From NCBI RefSeq assembly GCF_000981785.2, contig NZ_CP011304.1, forward strand, positions 690,001-722,000: a stretch of DNA of 32,000 nucleotides, in the 5' to 3' direction. The notes beneath the pieces are model-generated. The model was given only the letters and a program-made list of their open reading frames with translations. It did not search any database and was not told where the DNA came from. Source of the stretch: Microcystis aeruginosa NIES-2549. Lineage in GTDB: Bacteria; Cyanobacteriota; Cyanobacteriia; Cyanobacteriales; Microcystaceae. Shown piece after piece: positions 1 to 8,980 of this stretch; within the stretch, counting starts at the first letter, position 1; the number at the start of each line of letters is the position of its first letter. The position numbers and the translations under genes are program-made.

Positions 1-942
1 TAATTTTTGTTGAGCGCAAGCCAGCAGTAGGGGTGCCAGGGGAGTTTCCAGTAGGGGTAAAACCGCTTGGGTTTCGGGATCGCCAAAACGACAGTTAAAT
101 TCGAGAACTTTTGGCTCTCCGGCGGGGGAAATCATTAAACCCGCGTAGAGGACTCCCCGATAGTCAATGCCGCGTTTTTGCAGGGTGGCGACGATGGGGG
201 CGAGGATGTCTCTGTCCACCGCTTCGATCATGGCGGCGGTGGCGATGGGTGCGGGGGCATAAACTCCCATACCGCCGGTATTTTTGCCGGTATCGCCTTC
301 ACCGATGCGTTTGTGATCTTGGGCGGGTAGCAGGGAACGAAAGCTGATCCCATCGGTGAGGGTGAGGATAGACACTTCTTCCCCTTCTAGGAATTCTTCC
401 ACCACGACTTTAGTAAAGCCACTGGTAAAAAGATCATCGATCGCTTCTAGGGCCATATCTACGGTTTCGGCGACAATTACCCCTTTTCCTGCGGCTAATC
501 CGTCGGCTTTCACCACGATGGGCGCTCCTTGCTCTTGGATATAAGTTTTTGCTAATTCTGCATCGGTAAAGGTTTCCGAGGCGGCGGTGATCACTCCGGC
601 TTCGCTCATTAATTCTTTGGCCCAGGATTTGCTCGATTCAATTAGGGCCCCGGTTTGTGTGGGGCCAAAAACCGTTATTTCTTGGGACAGAAGATAATCG
701 GTAATGCCGAGGGAGAGGGGATATTCTGGACCGACAACCACCAAATCGACGCTATTTTCCTGGGCAAAGCGACTAATTTCGGCAAAATCCTCCATTGTTA
801 TCGGGATATTTTCACATTGAGGTAAAATTGCCGTTCCCCCATTACCCGGAATGCAGAACACTTGTTCAACTTCGGGTGATTGCAGCAGTTTCCAAGCCAG
901 GGCGTGTTCTCGACCACCACTGCCGATAACGATAATTTTCAC
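1..942 (-). CDS. purD: phosphoribosylamine--glycine ligase (PurD), N-terminal ~314 codons; the 3' end runs off the window
   Basis: Absent from the ORF track because no stop lies in the window. The reverse strand from GTG at 942-940 reads MKIIVIGSGGREHALAWKLLQSPEVEQVFCIPGNGGTAILPQCENIP..., the canonical PurD N-terminus. Spot translation further in continues PurD-like (GKGVIVA, HKRIGEGDTGKNTGGMG). Confidence 0.85.
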   Translation of the reverse strand, partial: MKIIVIGSGGREHALAWKLLQSPEVEQVFCIPGNGGTAILPQCENIPITMEDFAEISRFAQENSVDLVVVGPEYPLSLGITDYLLSQEITVFGPTQTGALIESSKSWAKELMSEAGVITAASETFTDAELAKTYIQEQGAPIVVKADGLAAGKGVIVAETVDMALEAIDDLFTSGFTKVVVEEFLEGEEVSILTLTDGISFRSLLPAQDHKRIGEGDTGKNTGGMGVYAPAPIATAAMIEAVDRDILAPIVATLQKRGIDYRGVLYAGLMISPAGEPKVLEFNCRFGDPETQAVLPLLETPLAPLLLACAQQKL

Positions 943-1159
943 GGATAAACGCAGCCTAAATGACGATGGTTTAATTATCCCCTAGCTCCGGGGTGTCATT
1001 GGCTAGAAGTTGAGATTACTTAACTTTTTAATCCTCGCTCCCCACCTGTTGAGCAATAACCCTGGCCCTAGTCCTACGGAGGTGATCAGATAAGGGATTT
1101 GCGTAGGAATAATATCCCAGCCAGAAAATCGCTCTGTAGAAGAACCAGACCAGCCAGAT

Positions 1160-1345
1160 GGCACATTATCAAAGCGCAAGTCCCTAACACCTCGAAGGCT
1201 CTCCCCCTACTTAGGGTGATCAGCAAACCTGAGCGATCGGAGGGCGCAAGCATTGCGCCCCTACAGTAACGGATTTTGTCCACAATGTAGGGGCGAACTG
1301 CGTTCGCCCAAAAGGTACATTATCAAAGCGCAAGTCCCTAACTGC
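1160..1345. repeat. 26-bp perfect direct repeat bracketing a set of overlapping GC-rich hairpins
   Basis: ACATTATCAAAGCGCAAGTCCCTAAC occurs at 1163-1188 and 1317-1342. Between the copies lie GGGCGCAA-gca-TTGCGCCC (1242-1260) and GGGCGAAC-tgc-GTTCGCCC (1291-1309). These are bridged by CCCCTACA/TGTAGGGG (1258-1265 / 1286-1293). Confidence 0.85.
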
Positions 1346-1634
1346 TGTAAAGGAGTCAATTGTGATTAGATAGTAGATGCGCCCTTCTTAGGCTGTTCCT
1401 ATTTTGGGTCATTCTACGCCATCGAGTTGGCTCTCTCGGACATTGGCTGAAAAATATTCACAATATTAGATTATGGGCGCAAGCAGTTCGATAAACTCAC
1501 TGACCACGTTGCGTCCTTACATTGCACCCGGTGCGATTGAGAGAGCCAAGAAACATCGATTTTATCTGCTCTAAGTCCCCGTTAAACATCAATCTATCCT
1601 CTAGATTATTCGGAATTTACTCTAAGTATTTTTA

Positions 1635-3005
1635 TTGTCTATGCCCTGTCATTTATCCCTCAATCAACTAGCTCAATTATTATCCTTTCAAGATAAAGCT
1701 GACATAAGTTTTAGTCCCGATATTTTAGTATCTGGCATTAATACTGATAGCCGTAGTATTGAGCCTGGACAAGCATTTTTAGCCTTAAAAGGTGATAATT
1801 TTAATGGTCATGATTTTATCGATATGGCTATCGAAAAAGGAGCGGCGACATTGATTGTCGATCAGCCAGTTTCGGTAAATTCCTCTAGTAATATTCCTGT
1901 ATTCCTAGTCCAGAATACCCTAGAAACCTATCAGCAATTAGGCCATTGGTGGCGGAATCAATTTACTATACCCGTGATTGCTATTACGGGATCGGTGGGG
2001 AAAACCACCACTAAAGAATTAATCGCCTCCCTATTAGCAACCCGGGGAAAGGTACACAAAACCCTGGCTAATTATAACAATGAGATCGGAGTGCCGAAAA
2101 CTCTCCTCGAACTGGATGAAACTCACGATAGTGCCGTAATCGAGATGGGAATGCGGGGACGAGGAGAAATTGCCCTGCTCGCTCAAATCGCCCAACCGAC
2201 GATCGCAGTGATTACTAATGTGGGAACTGCTCACATCGGTCGTTTAGGGTCGGAAACGGCGATCGCAGAAGCGAAATGCGAGTTATTGGCCGAGTCTCCT
2301 TCTGGTAGTATAGCTGTTCTTAACTACGATCACCCTTTACTTACTGAAACAGCTAAACGGGTATGGCAGGGGGAAACAATTACCTATGGCTTCTCTGGCG
2401 GCGATATAGTCGGGGAATTACTGGATTTAACTACTTTACGAGTCAATGGACTAGATTTTAACTTACCTTTATCTGGTCGTCATCATGCTTTAAATTTTAT
2501 GGCAGCCTTGGCTGTAGCGAAAATTTTAGGCATCGATTGGACTTCTTTGCAACAGGGAATTAAGGTTAATTTACCCAGTGGTCGGGCTAAACGTTACCAA
2601 TTAGAGCCGGATATCCTACTCCTCGATGAAACCTATAACGCGGGTCTAGAATCAATGTTAGCGGCCTTGGATTTACTGAAAGCTACCCCCGGTCAGCGTC
2701 ATATTGCTGTTTTAGGCACGATGAAGGAGTTAGGGTCTTTTTCGGAGCAATTACATCGTCAAGTGGGTGAGAGGGTGCAAAAACTAGGCATAGATCGCTT
2801 GTTTGTCTTGGTGGACGACCCCGAAGCTAAACTTATTGCTGAGTCCGCTACTGGGGTCGCTTGCGAATGTTTTCAAACTCACGCAGATTTAATTAATCGT
2901 TTAAAGGAAGTGATCGAGTCAGGCGATCGCATTTTATGCAAGGCTTCCCATTCCGTCGGTTTAAATCGGGTGGTGGAGGAGTTAATCAGTGATATTGGGG
3001 GTTAG
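1635..3005 (+). CDS. murF: UDP-N-acetylmuramoyl-tripeptide--D-alanyl-D-alanine ligase (MurF)
   Basis: 456-aa ORF with the Mur ligase P-loop GSVGKTTTKE and the MurF-typical ANYNNEIGVP and DETYNA motifs. The track start is TTG at 1635; ATG at 1641 is an equally plausible start. Confidence 0.9.
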   Translation: MSMPCHLSLNQLAQLLSFQDKADISFSPDILVSGINTDSRSIEPGQAFLALKGDNFNGHDFIDMAIEKGAATLIVDQPVSVNSSSNIPVFLVQNTLETYQQLGHWWRNQFTIPVIAITGSVGKTTTKELIASLLATRGKVHKTLANYNNEIGVPKTLLELDETHDSAVIEMGMRGRGEIALLAQIAQPTIAVITNVGTAHIGRLGSETAIAEAKCELLAESPSGSIAVLNYDHPLLTETAKRVWQGETITYGFSGGDIVGELLDLTTLRVNGLDFNLPLSGRHHALNFMAALAVAKILGIDWTSLQQGIKVNLPSGRAKRYQLEPDILLLDETYNAGLESMLAALDLLKATPGQRHIAVLGTMKELGSFSEQLHRQVGERVQKLGIDRLFVLVDDPEAKLIAESATGVACECFQTHADLINRLKEVIESGDRILCKASHSVGLNRVVEELISDIGG

Positions 3006-3012
3006 GGAATAG

Positions 3013-3963
3013 GTGTTAGAGAATAGACCATTTTTTGGCAAGAATAGCCGATTAAAAACTGTTTTTTCGGGTATTTTAGCCCTAGTTTTCTTTTTTTCGG
3101 CCGTGCAAGTCTCTTTTGCTCAACAATCGAGACGACTGGAGACTTATCTCCCAGATCTCAGTGGTTTAGCTTGGGTGGAAGGAGATGTTTTTCTAGGGGT
3201 TCACGATGCCAAAAATAAGGGCAAAAACAGTGATCCATCTCAAGCAAGGCTGAGTCTTTTACAGCTACCTACAGAGGAAAAACCGCTATTCTGGCAGGTT
3301 TTAAGGGTAGATTGGCCAAATCCAGAGGGATTGAGTAACGATCTCGAAAGTATTACTCATATTCCAGAAACTAATTTATTTTTGTTGGCTGAAAGTGGCG
3401 AGAAAAAACCTTTTCAAAGACTGTTTTTAGCAGCATACAACCAGCAACAAGTCAAGATAGTTGAGCAAATAAATTGGCCGATCGCGGTGGAAAATGTAGA
3501 GGCGATCGCTGTTAGTCGGCAAGGCGATCGTTATCTATTTATCTACGCAGAACGGGCCGATAGTCAAGAGAGTACAAGGATTCGCTGGACGGATATCTCG
3601 TTCAATCCCTTAAAATTCGGGGAATTTCAGTCGGTAACTTTTCGGAGTCCTTTTGGTAGCGGTAAAAATATTCGCCCCATCTCCGATTTAGCCGTAGATA
3701 AGCAAGGTAATATCTACATAGCTTCTGCTTACGATCCAGATAATGCGGGAGTGTTTAGAAGTGCTGTTTACCGTATTGGTCAAGTTACAGCCGATAATAG
3801 CCTAATTCTTGCCCCTAATCCCCAAAAAATTGCAGAAATCGACGGTGCTAAAGTGGAAGCGCTGACTACCAGAGAATCTCCTAGAGGTGAAGTAGAAGTC
3901 TTTATCGGTACGGATGACGAGAATTATGGCGGTTTTCTGCGACCTTTGCTCTTAGATAATTAG
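3013..3963 (+). CDS. secreted hypothetical protein (N-terminal signal peptide; possibly a beta-propeller or phytase-like fold)
   Basis: 316-aa ORF with a GTG start 8 nt after the murF stop. A hydrophobic N-terminus (ILALVFFFSAVQVSFA) is followed by a soluble, repeat-like body. I recognise no catalytic motif. Confidence 0.6.
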   Translation: MLENRPFFGKNSRLKTVFSGILALVFFFSAVQVSFAQQSRRLETYLPDLSGLAWVEGDVFLGVHDAKNKGKNSDPSQARLSLLQLPTEEKPLFWQVLRVDWPNPEGLSNDLESITHIPETNLFLLAESGEKKPFQRLFLAAYNQQQVKIVEQINWPIAVENVEAIAVSRQGDRYLFIYAERADSQESTRIRWTDISFNPLKFGEFQSVTFRSPFGSGKNIRPISDLAVDKQGNIYIASAYDPDNAGVFRSAVYRIGQVTADNSLILAPNPQKIAEIDGAKVEALTTRESPRGEVEVFIGTDDENYGGFLRPLLLDN

Positions 3964-4087
3964 GGTTTGCTGTACTGAATTTAAACTGCCTATGAGAATT
4001 TTTAGTACAAATGCTCGAACTTTCTCTCCTTGCTCCCTTCTCTCCCATAATTACTCGCAGCTAGAAATCCGCTAGACCGCAGCATAA

Positions 4088-4463
4088 TTTGTGCTTTTTG
4101 TCAAAAAAACTTTTTTTTTGCAATAAAACTACACAAAAAAAAGATAATCGTTGTGGGTGAAATTGACTCATTTAGCTATCTTAATTAGGATCACCTTCTA
4201 GGTGTGGCAAGGGTTTCAACCGTTGCTGCCCAAAAAAGCACAGAAAAACCCATTATGAAATTCAGTAAAATCGCTGTAACCAGCATAACATCGTTGTTAA
4301 ATAAAAATCTTTCTCAATTAATTTTTAAGAATTTGTAAATATTGCGGAATGTTAATTTAAATATTCTCAAGTTTGTGGAGTTAATCAATAATTTTTGCTT
4401 ATCTTTGTCGGAAAATAGGACTCTTGCAAAAATTCAACATCTACCATTGGGTTAGGAGACAGT
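4088..4463 (+). repeat. dispersed ~350-bp element, copy A (partner in inverted orientation at 25468-25811)
   Basis: Hand alignment of 4088-4409 against the reverse complement of 25490-25811 gave about 26 mismatches in about 322 ungapped bp. A ~35-bp segment present only in copy A follows. Then comes a shared CATTGGGTTAGGAGACAGT block that abuts tandem heptamers in both copies. Confidence 0.9.
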
Positions 4464-4565
4464 TATCAGTTATCAGTTATCAGTTATCAGATGTGAGTTT
4501 TTAGTTTATTGTTTACTGAAAAAGCTCCCCACACCCCACACCCTACACCCCACACCCTACACCCC
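4460..4565. repeat. STRR-like tandem heptamers: (CAGTTAT)x4.4 at 4460-4490 and (CCCCACA/CCCTACA)x5.5 at 4527-4565
   Basis: Read directly from the sequence; period 7 with no spacers. Confidence 0.95.
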
Positions 4566-4686
4566 TCTCCCTTCTCCCTGCTCCCCAATCCCTATTTTCC
4601 GTCTAAACTTTTGTATAGGGATGGTCTGGGAAAGTATGAATAACTCTTAGACTAATTAATTCGGGACTCACATCACAATATAGACT

Positions 4687-5274
4687 ATGGCTTACTATTG
4701 GTTTAAAGCATTTCACCTGATTGGGGTAGTTGTTTGGTTTGCGGGACTATTTTATTTAGTACGTTTGTTTGTCTATCATGCGGAGGCAGCAACACAAACC
4801 GAACCCGCACAAGCTATTCTGAAAGCACAATACGAGATCATGGAGAAGCGACTCTACAATATCATCACCACACCGGGGATGATTGTCACCGTGGCCATGG
4901 CGATCGGTTTAATCTCCACAGAACCAGAAATTTTAAAATCGGGATGGTTACATATTAAATTATCCTTTGTGGCTCTTTTACTGCTCTATCATTTCTACTG
5001 TGGTCGCATCATGAAAAAGCTAGAAAAAGGGGAATGTAATTGGACGGGACAGCAATTTCGGGCCTTAAATGAAGCACCAACCCTGTTATTGGTAGTTATT
5101 GTCCTTTTGGCAGTATTTAAGAATCAATTACCCCTCGATTTGACCACTTGGTTAATTGTAGCTTTAGTGGTATTAATGGCAGTGACAATCCAACTTTATG
5201 CTAAAAAACGTCGCAAAGATCAAGAAAAACTTCAGCAAAATACTCTCCAAAAAGAAGAAGTAGCGACCATGTAA
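4687..5274 (+). CDS. hemJ: protoporphyrinogen IX oxidase HemJ (UPF0093 / slr1790 family membrane protein)
   Basis: 195-aa ORF. The N-terminus MAYYWFKAFHLIGVVVWFAGLFYLVRLFVYHAEA closely matches what I recall of cyanobacterial HemJ. It has multiple TM segments. Confidence 0.85.
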   Translation: MAYYWFKAFHLIGVVVWFAGLFYLVRLFVYHAEAATQTEPAQAILKAQYEIMEKRLYNIITTPGMIVTVAMAIGLISTEPEILKSGWLHIKLSFVALLLLYHFYCGRIMKKLEKGECNWTGQQFRALNEAPTLLLVVIVLLAVFKNQLPLDLTTWLIVALVVLMAVTIQLYAKKRRKDQEKLQQNTLQKEEVATM

Positions 5275-5332
5275 ATTATCCTAATCCTTGCCTAGGTTTC
5301 TAGGATAACAGTTAAGAGTGGTTTGATAGCTG

Positions 5333-5358
5333 TGGGATGGTCTTTTTAGTCCATCCCA
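5333..5358 (+). terminator. candidate hairpin terminator downstream of hemJ
   Basis: TGGGATGG-tctttttagt-CCATCCCA forms a perfect 8-bp stem 59 nt after the hemJ stop. There is no clear trailing T-run. Confidence 0.3.
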
Positions 5359-5470
5359 ATTATATAGGGAGCAACCTTTAGCTTTTAGATTTTTGGCTTT
5401 TTGCTACTTTTGAGCTTATACAAAAACTATTTTTAATAGTGTGATGAACTGCCAAGCTATGGATTGTTTC

Positions 5471-5608
5471 TCCCACTTCCCACTTCCCACCATCCTATAC
5501 CTTTTAAACAGGATTTAGTATAAACCTCTTGCGAACAGGAAACGCTATAAATAAAAACAATCTCCTGACTCCTGACTCCTAACCCTAACAACAATTTTTG
5601 ATTTTTAC
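5471..5608. repeat. STRR arrays (TCCCACT)x3 at 5471-5491 and (CTCCTGA)x2.7 at 5562-5580, plus a 37-bp unit at 5572-5608 that is a perfect inverted copy of 21049-21085
   Basis: Read directly. The reverse complement of 5572-5608 is GTAAAAATCAAAAATTGTTGTTAGGGTTAGGAGTCAG, identical to 21049-21085. Confidence 0.95.
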
Positions 5609-5618
5609 AAGAGGTCCT

Positions 5619-7082
5619 ATGAATAGTTGCTGGATAGATTGGGAAAAAATAACTAGAGATTTTCTGAGTTCTCGCAAGCTCAAGCAAGTGGCTGAATTGC
5701 GAGGATTCTATCGAGTCAATCCCTCTGGTATTCCTAGAATTCCCCCCGATTTAGAATTGAGAGACTACCAAAATACAGCGATTATCAGTTGGTTTCGTAA
5801 TCGGGGAAGGGGAACTTTAAAAATGGCCACTGGCAGCGGTAAAACTATTACTGCTTTAGCTATTGCCATGGAACTTTACCAAGCGATAGAACTGCAAGTA
5901 TTATTAGTAATTTGCCCCTATCGTCACCTAGTCAATCAATGGCAAAGAGAAGCGGAAAAATTTAATCTTAAACCGATTTTAGCCTACGAAAGTGTCCATA
6001 CATGGCAAAGTCAACTAGCCACAGAATTATATAATGTGCAAGCGGGTAATCAAAAATTTGTCACTATTTTAACTACTAACTCAACTTTTATTAGCGAGGG
6101 TTTTCAATCACAAATAAAATTTTTTCCCGATAAAACTTTAATCGTTGGTGATGAAGCACATAATTTAGGTTCCCCCCGATTAGAGGAATTATTACCCCGT
6201 TCTTTAGGTCTAAGATTGGCTTTATCCGCCACTCCTGAAAGATATTTTGATGAGGAAGGAACTGACGCTATTCTTGAATATTTTGGACAAATTCTACAAC
6301 CAGAATTTACCCTAGGTGATGCTATTAGTAAAGGAGCTTTAGTCAATTATTTTTATTATCCAGTCTTGGTTGAATTAACCGATAATGAGGCTTTATTATA
6401 CGCAAAATTAACCCAAAAAATCGGCTGGACTTTGCAGAAAAATAGTAATTTAAATGGTAATGATAATTTAACAGCACTGTTAATGCAAAGGTCACGATTA
6501 GTTGGTTCAGCGAGTAATAAATTACAGGCTTTACAACAACTGATGCAAGAGCGTTTAGATACGGATCATACTTTATTTTATTGTGGGGATGGTTATGTAG
6601 AAAATTATACGGCTAATTATCGTCGTCAGGTAGAGGCAGTTACTCATTTATTGGGCAATCAATTAGGTTATAGAGTTGCTACCTACACCGCAGAAACTTC
6701 CCTAGAAGAACGCGAAAAAATTCGCCAACAATTTGAGGAGGGTTATCTGCAAGGATTAGTGGCAATTAGATGTTTAGATGAAGGAGTAGATCTGCCATCA
6801 ATTCAAAACGCAGTCATTTTGGCTAGTAGTGGTAATCCTCGACAATTTATTCAGCGTCGCGGGCGAATATTGCGCCCCCATCCCGATAAAAAACAGGCCA
6901 CTTTATTTGATATGATCGTTATGCCACCGACCTTAGATCGAGAAACCTGGGAAGTAGAAAGGAATTTATTACGCAGGGAATTAAAACGCTTTCTAGAGTT
7001 TGCTCAATTAGCTATTAATGCTCAAGAAGCTGAGACTAAATTAGGGGAGATTCAAGATAGATATTGTCTTTTGTCTAATTAA
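5619..7082 (+). CDS. superfamily-2 DNA helicase, ResIII/XPB(Rad25)-like
   Basis: Walker A MATGSGKT, DEAH box (VGDEAHNLG), LSATPER, and helicase-C motifs VDLPS and QRRGRILR. The track ORF starts at TTG 5598 inside the repeat. ATG 5619 with GAGG 5 nt upstream is the more likely start. Confidence 0.8.
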   Translation: MNSCWIDWEKITRDFLSSRKLKQVAELRGFYRVNPSGIPRIPPDLELRDYQNTAIISWFRNRGRGTLKMATGSGKTITALAIAMELYQAIELQVLLVICPYRHLVNQWQREAEKFNLKPILAYESVHTWQSQLATELYNVQAGNQKFVTILTTNSTFISEGFQSQIKFFPDKTLIVGDEAHNLGSPRLEELLPRSLGLRLALSATPERYFDEEGTDAILEYFGQILQPEFTLGDAISKGALVNYFYYPVLVELTDNEALLYAKLTQKIGWTLQKNSNLNGNDNLTALLMQRSRLVGSASNKLQALQQLMQERLDTDHTLFYCGDGYVENYTANYRRQVEAVTHLLGNQLGYRVATYTAETSLEEREKIRQQFEEGYLQGLVAIRCLDEGVDLPSIQNAVILASSGNPRQFIQRRGRILRPHPDKKQATLFDMIVMPPTLDRETWEVERNLLRRELKRFLEFAQLAINAQEAETKLGEIQDRYCLLSN

Positions 7083-7219
7083 AAGTTAAAAATTCATATT
7101 TTTGAAGCTTTTATGCTAGAATAGAAGTTAGTCAAGAATTGATCGCCGAGAAAAATTAACCCAACTGGATAGCGATCGATAAAGTTGTATAATTTTCTTC
7201 CCTCTACTTCTAAACTTCT

Positions 7220-7873
7220 ATGCCTCCCCGTCAACAACCCCGCCGCATTGCTCGAGAACTTGCCCTTTTGAGTTTAAGTCAGATTAAAGGTAATCCTGAA
7301 AACCTGGAACAGCAAACTTTAAACGATTTAATTTTAGTCGCAGTTAGAACCTTAACCGTCGAAATTCAAGAAACCTTAGAAACTGCCGCTGCTGAAATTA
7401 GTCGTGGTAATGAAAGGATTCTCGCTAGTGATACTAAGGCAACAAATATAAAAAGCGCTCAAACTATGGTAAAAGAAGCGATTTCTCTTACCCACAATGC
7501 CATTAATCGTTTGGGAACCGTGATAGATTTTCCCGAAATTGTCCAGTTATCTAGTCAGTACGAAGTGCGGGAATATGCCCTAGAATTAATCGGTACAGTC
7601 TATCGTCGTCGTGCGGAAATCGAACAGGAATTAACCGGTGCTTTAGTGGATTGGCAACTGCATCGTTTACCGAGAATCGATCGGGATATCCTGCAAATTG
7701 CCGTGGCAGAAATGCTCTATCTCGATATACCTCAAAAAGTAGCAATTAATGAAGCGATCGAATTAGCCAAACGTTATTCTGATGATGAAGGTTATCGTTT
7801 TATTAATGGCGTTCTCCGACGGGTAACGAATAAGCTAAACGAAGCAGAAAAAGCCGTATCTACCCAGAGTTAA
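7220..7873 (+). CDS. nusB: transcription antitermination factor NusB
   Basis: 217 aa. The N-terminal [14 protein letters not shown] and C-terminal [27 protein letters not shown] are typical NusB signatures in the long cyanobacterial form. Confidence 0.9.
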   Translation: MPPRQQPRRIARELALLSLSQIKGNPENLEQQTLNDLILVAVRTLTVEIQETLETAAAEISRGNERILASDTKATNIKSAQTMVKEAISLTHNAINRLGTVIDFPEIVQLSSQYEVREYALELIGTVYRRRAEIEQELTGALVDWQLHRLPRIDRDILQIAVAEMLYLDIPQKVAINEAIELAKRYSDDEGYRFINGVLRRVTNKLNEAEKAVSTQS

Positions 7874-7891
7874 ACTGGGAGGAAATTCATA

Positions 7892-8365
7892 CTACAATGA
7901 CCACATTTTATAGGGAAATTTCTGTAAATTGCTATTGTAGTATCGCGCATCTCCCGTGACTTCTTCGCCGATCCAATCGGGAATAGTAATGACTTGATCC
8001 TCTTGTTCCAACTCAATTTCAGCCATAATCAGTCCTTGATTATCTCCCAAAAATTCATCAACTTCCCAAGTTAAATTATCCAAAGAAATGCGATGACGAA
8101 TCTTTTCAATTAAAGGTTTTTTACAGAGGTTTTCTAACATCAGTGCCGCGTCTTCTAGGGGAATTACATACTCGAATTCCTGACGACTAATGCCCTCAGT
8201 CTTGCCTTTAATGGTTAAATAACCCCGATCTCCAACTACACGAACCCGCACGGTTGTCAATCCATCTTGGGTGGGAATATATCCCTGACGATACAACTTG
8301 CCAGCAGCCAGCGATCGCCAAGAATCACCTTTAACCAAAAACTTCCGTTCAATTTCAACAGTCAT
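7892..8365 (-). CDS. CYTH domain protein (CyaB/ThTPase-like triphosphate tunnel metalloenzyme)
   Basis: 157 aa. It opens with the CYTH hallmark EIERKFLV and carries further acidic and basic tunnel residues (RVR, TIKG, EVDEF). Confidence 0.8.
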   Translation of the reverse strand: MTVEIERKFLVKGDSWRSLAAGKLYRQGYIPTQDGLTTVRVRVVGDRGYLTIKGKTEGISRQEFEYVIPLEDAALMLENLCKKPLIEKIRHRISLDNLTWEVDEFLGDNQGLIMAEIELEQEDQVITIPDWIGEEVTGDARYYNSNLQKFPYKMWSL

Positions 8366-8386
8366 AAGCTTTTGACGACAATAAAT

Positions 8387-8797
8387 TTAAGCCGTAGCCA
8401 CGGCAGCACCCTGGGTTCCTAGTTGAATTAACTCGATCTTGTAGCCATTAGGATCTTCCACAAAAGCAATCACCGTCGAACCGTGTTTCATCGGGCCTGG
8501 TTCCCGGCTGACATTGCCACCAAGAACTTTAATTTTCTCACAGGTGCTATAGATATCATCCACGCCTAGGGCAATATGACCGTAAGCATTACCGACCTCA
8601 TAGCGATCGACTCCCCAATTATAGGTCAGTTCGATGACAGCATGATTAGCCTCATCGCCATAACCGACGAAAGCGAGGGTAAATTGACCATTGGGATAGT
8701 CTTTCTGGCGCAATAACTTCATTCCTAGCACATCGCAGTAAAATTGTAGAGATTCCTGCAAGTTATTGACTCGGAGCATGGTGTGTAAGAGACGCAT
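8387..8797 (-). CDS. gloA: lactoylglutathione lyase (glyoxalase I)
   Basis: 136 aa. [29 protein letters not shown]...[10 protein letters not shown]...GYKIELIQ is the classic GloA/VOC pattern. It sits 21 nt upstream of the CYTH gene on the same strand. Confidence 0.9.
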   Translation of the reverse strand: MRLLHTMLRVNNLQESLQFYCDVLGMKLLRQKDYPNGQFTLAFVGYGDEANHAVIELTYNWGVDRYEVGNAYGHIALGVDDIYSTCEKIKVLGGNVSREPGPMKHGSTVIAFVEDPNGYKIELIQLGTQGAAVATA

Positions 8798-8980
8798 GAT
8801 TATTTAGATGAGATCGATCGAAAATTACTCATCCTTGATTGTAACCAGTCCTTGGGCCTTCTTATCTCCTTGAGGCTCAACAATTATACCAATACAAGTG
8901 TACGAAATTTACCGTAAAACCACTTACTCCCATTTAATAGCTGTGAACAAAATCAACTCTCTGGCAACGCCTAAATCACC

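Noticed and set aside
111-544. Track ORFs 111-347 and 356-544 on the plus strand
   Set aside because: They lie antisense within the clearly identifiable purD coding region. Their Arg/Trp-rich or Ser/Thr-rich low-complexity products are typical of shadow ORFs.
1086-1283. Track ORF 1086-1283 on the minus strand
   Set aside because: It reads straight through the direct repeat and the GC-rich hairpin units of the purD-murF spacer. It has no RBS and no recognisable product.
4186-4200. GGATCACCTTCT inside the conserved element resembles the 3' end of 16S rRNA (GGATCACCTCCTT)
   Set aside because: The match is only about 12 nt with a mismatch in the anti-SD core, and there is no rRNA context. It is most likely coincidence; it forms the local hairpin CACCT-tct-AGGTG.
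4255-4338. The 27-codon ORF conserved in both copies of the 350-bp element, considered as a real peptide gene (for example a RiPP precursor)
   Set aside because: It is not reported as a feature. It has no Shine-Dalgarno sequence, 8 of 9 substitutions between the copies change the amino acid, and no maturation genes are nearby. It is kept only as a testable note inside the element finding.
4460-4565. Tandem repeat arrays here and at 5471, 21069, 22082, 22161, 25348-25460, 25813-25918 and 28399-28490, considered as possible CRISPR arrays
   Set aside because: The units are only 7-8 bp and directly abut one another with no spacers. There are no 25-40-bp repeats and no cas genes.
5457-5687. Track ORFs 5457-5687 (-), 21018-21203 (+) and 25318-25557 (-), which share peptide fragments such as KNQKLLLGLGV
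   Set aside because: The similarity is a by-product of translating the dispersed repeats and heptamer arrays. The ORFs cross gene boundaries or spacers and have no start context.
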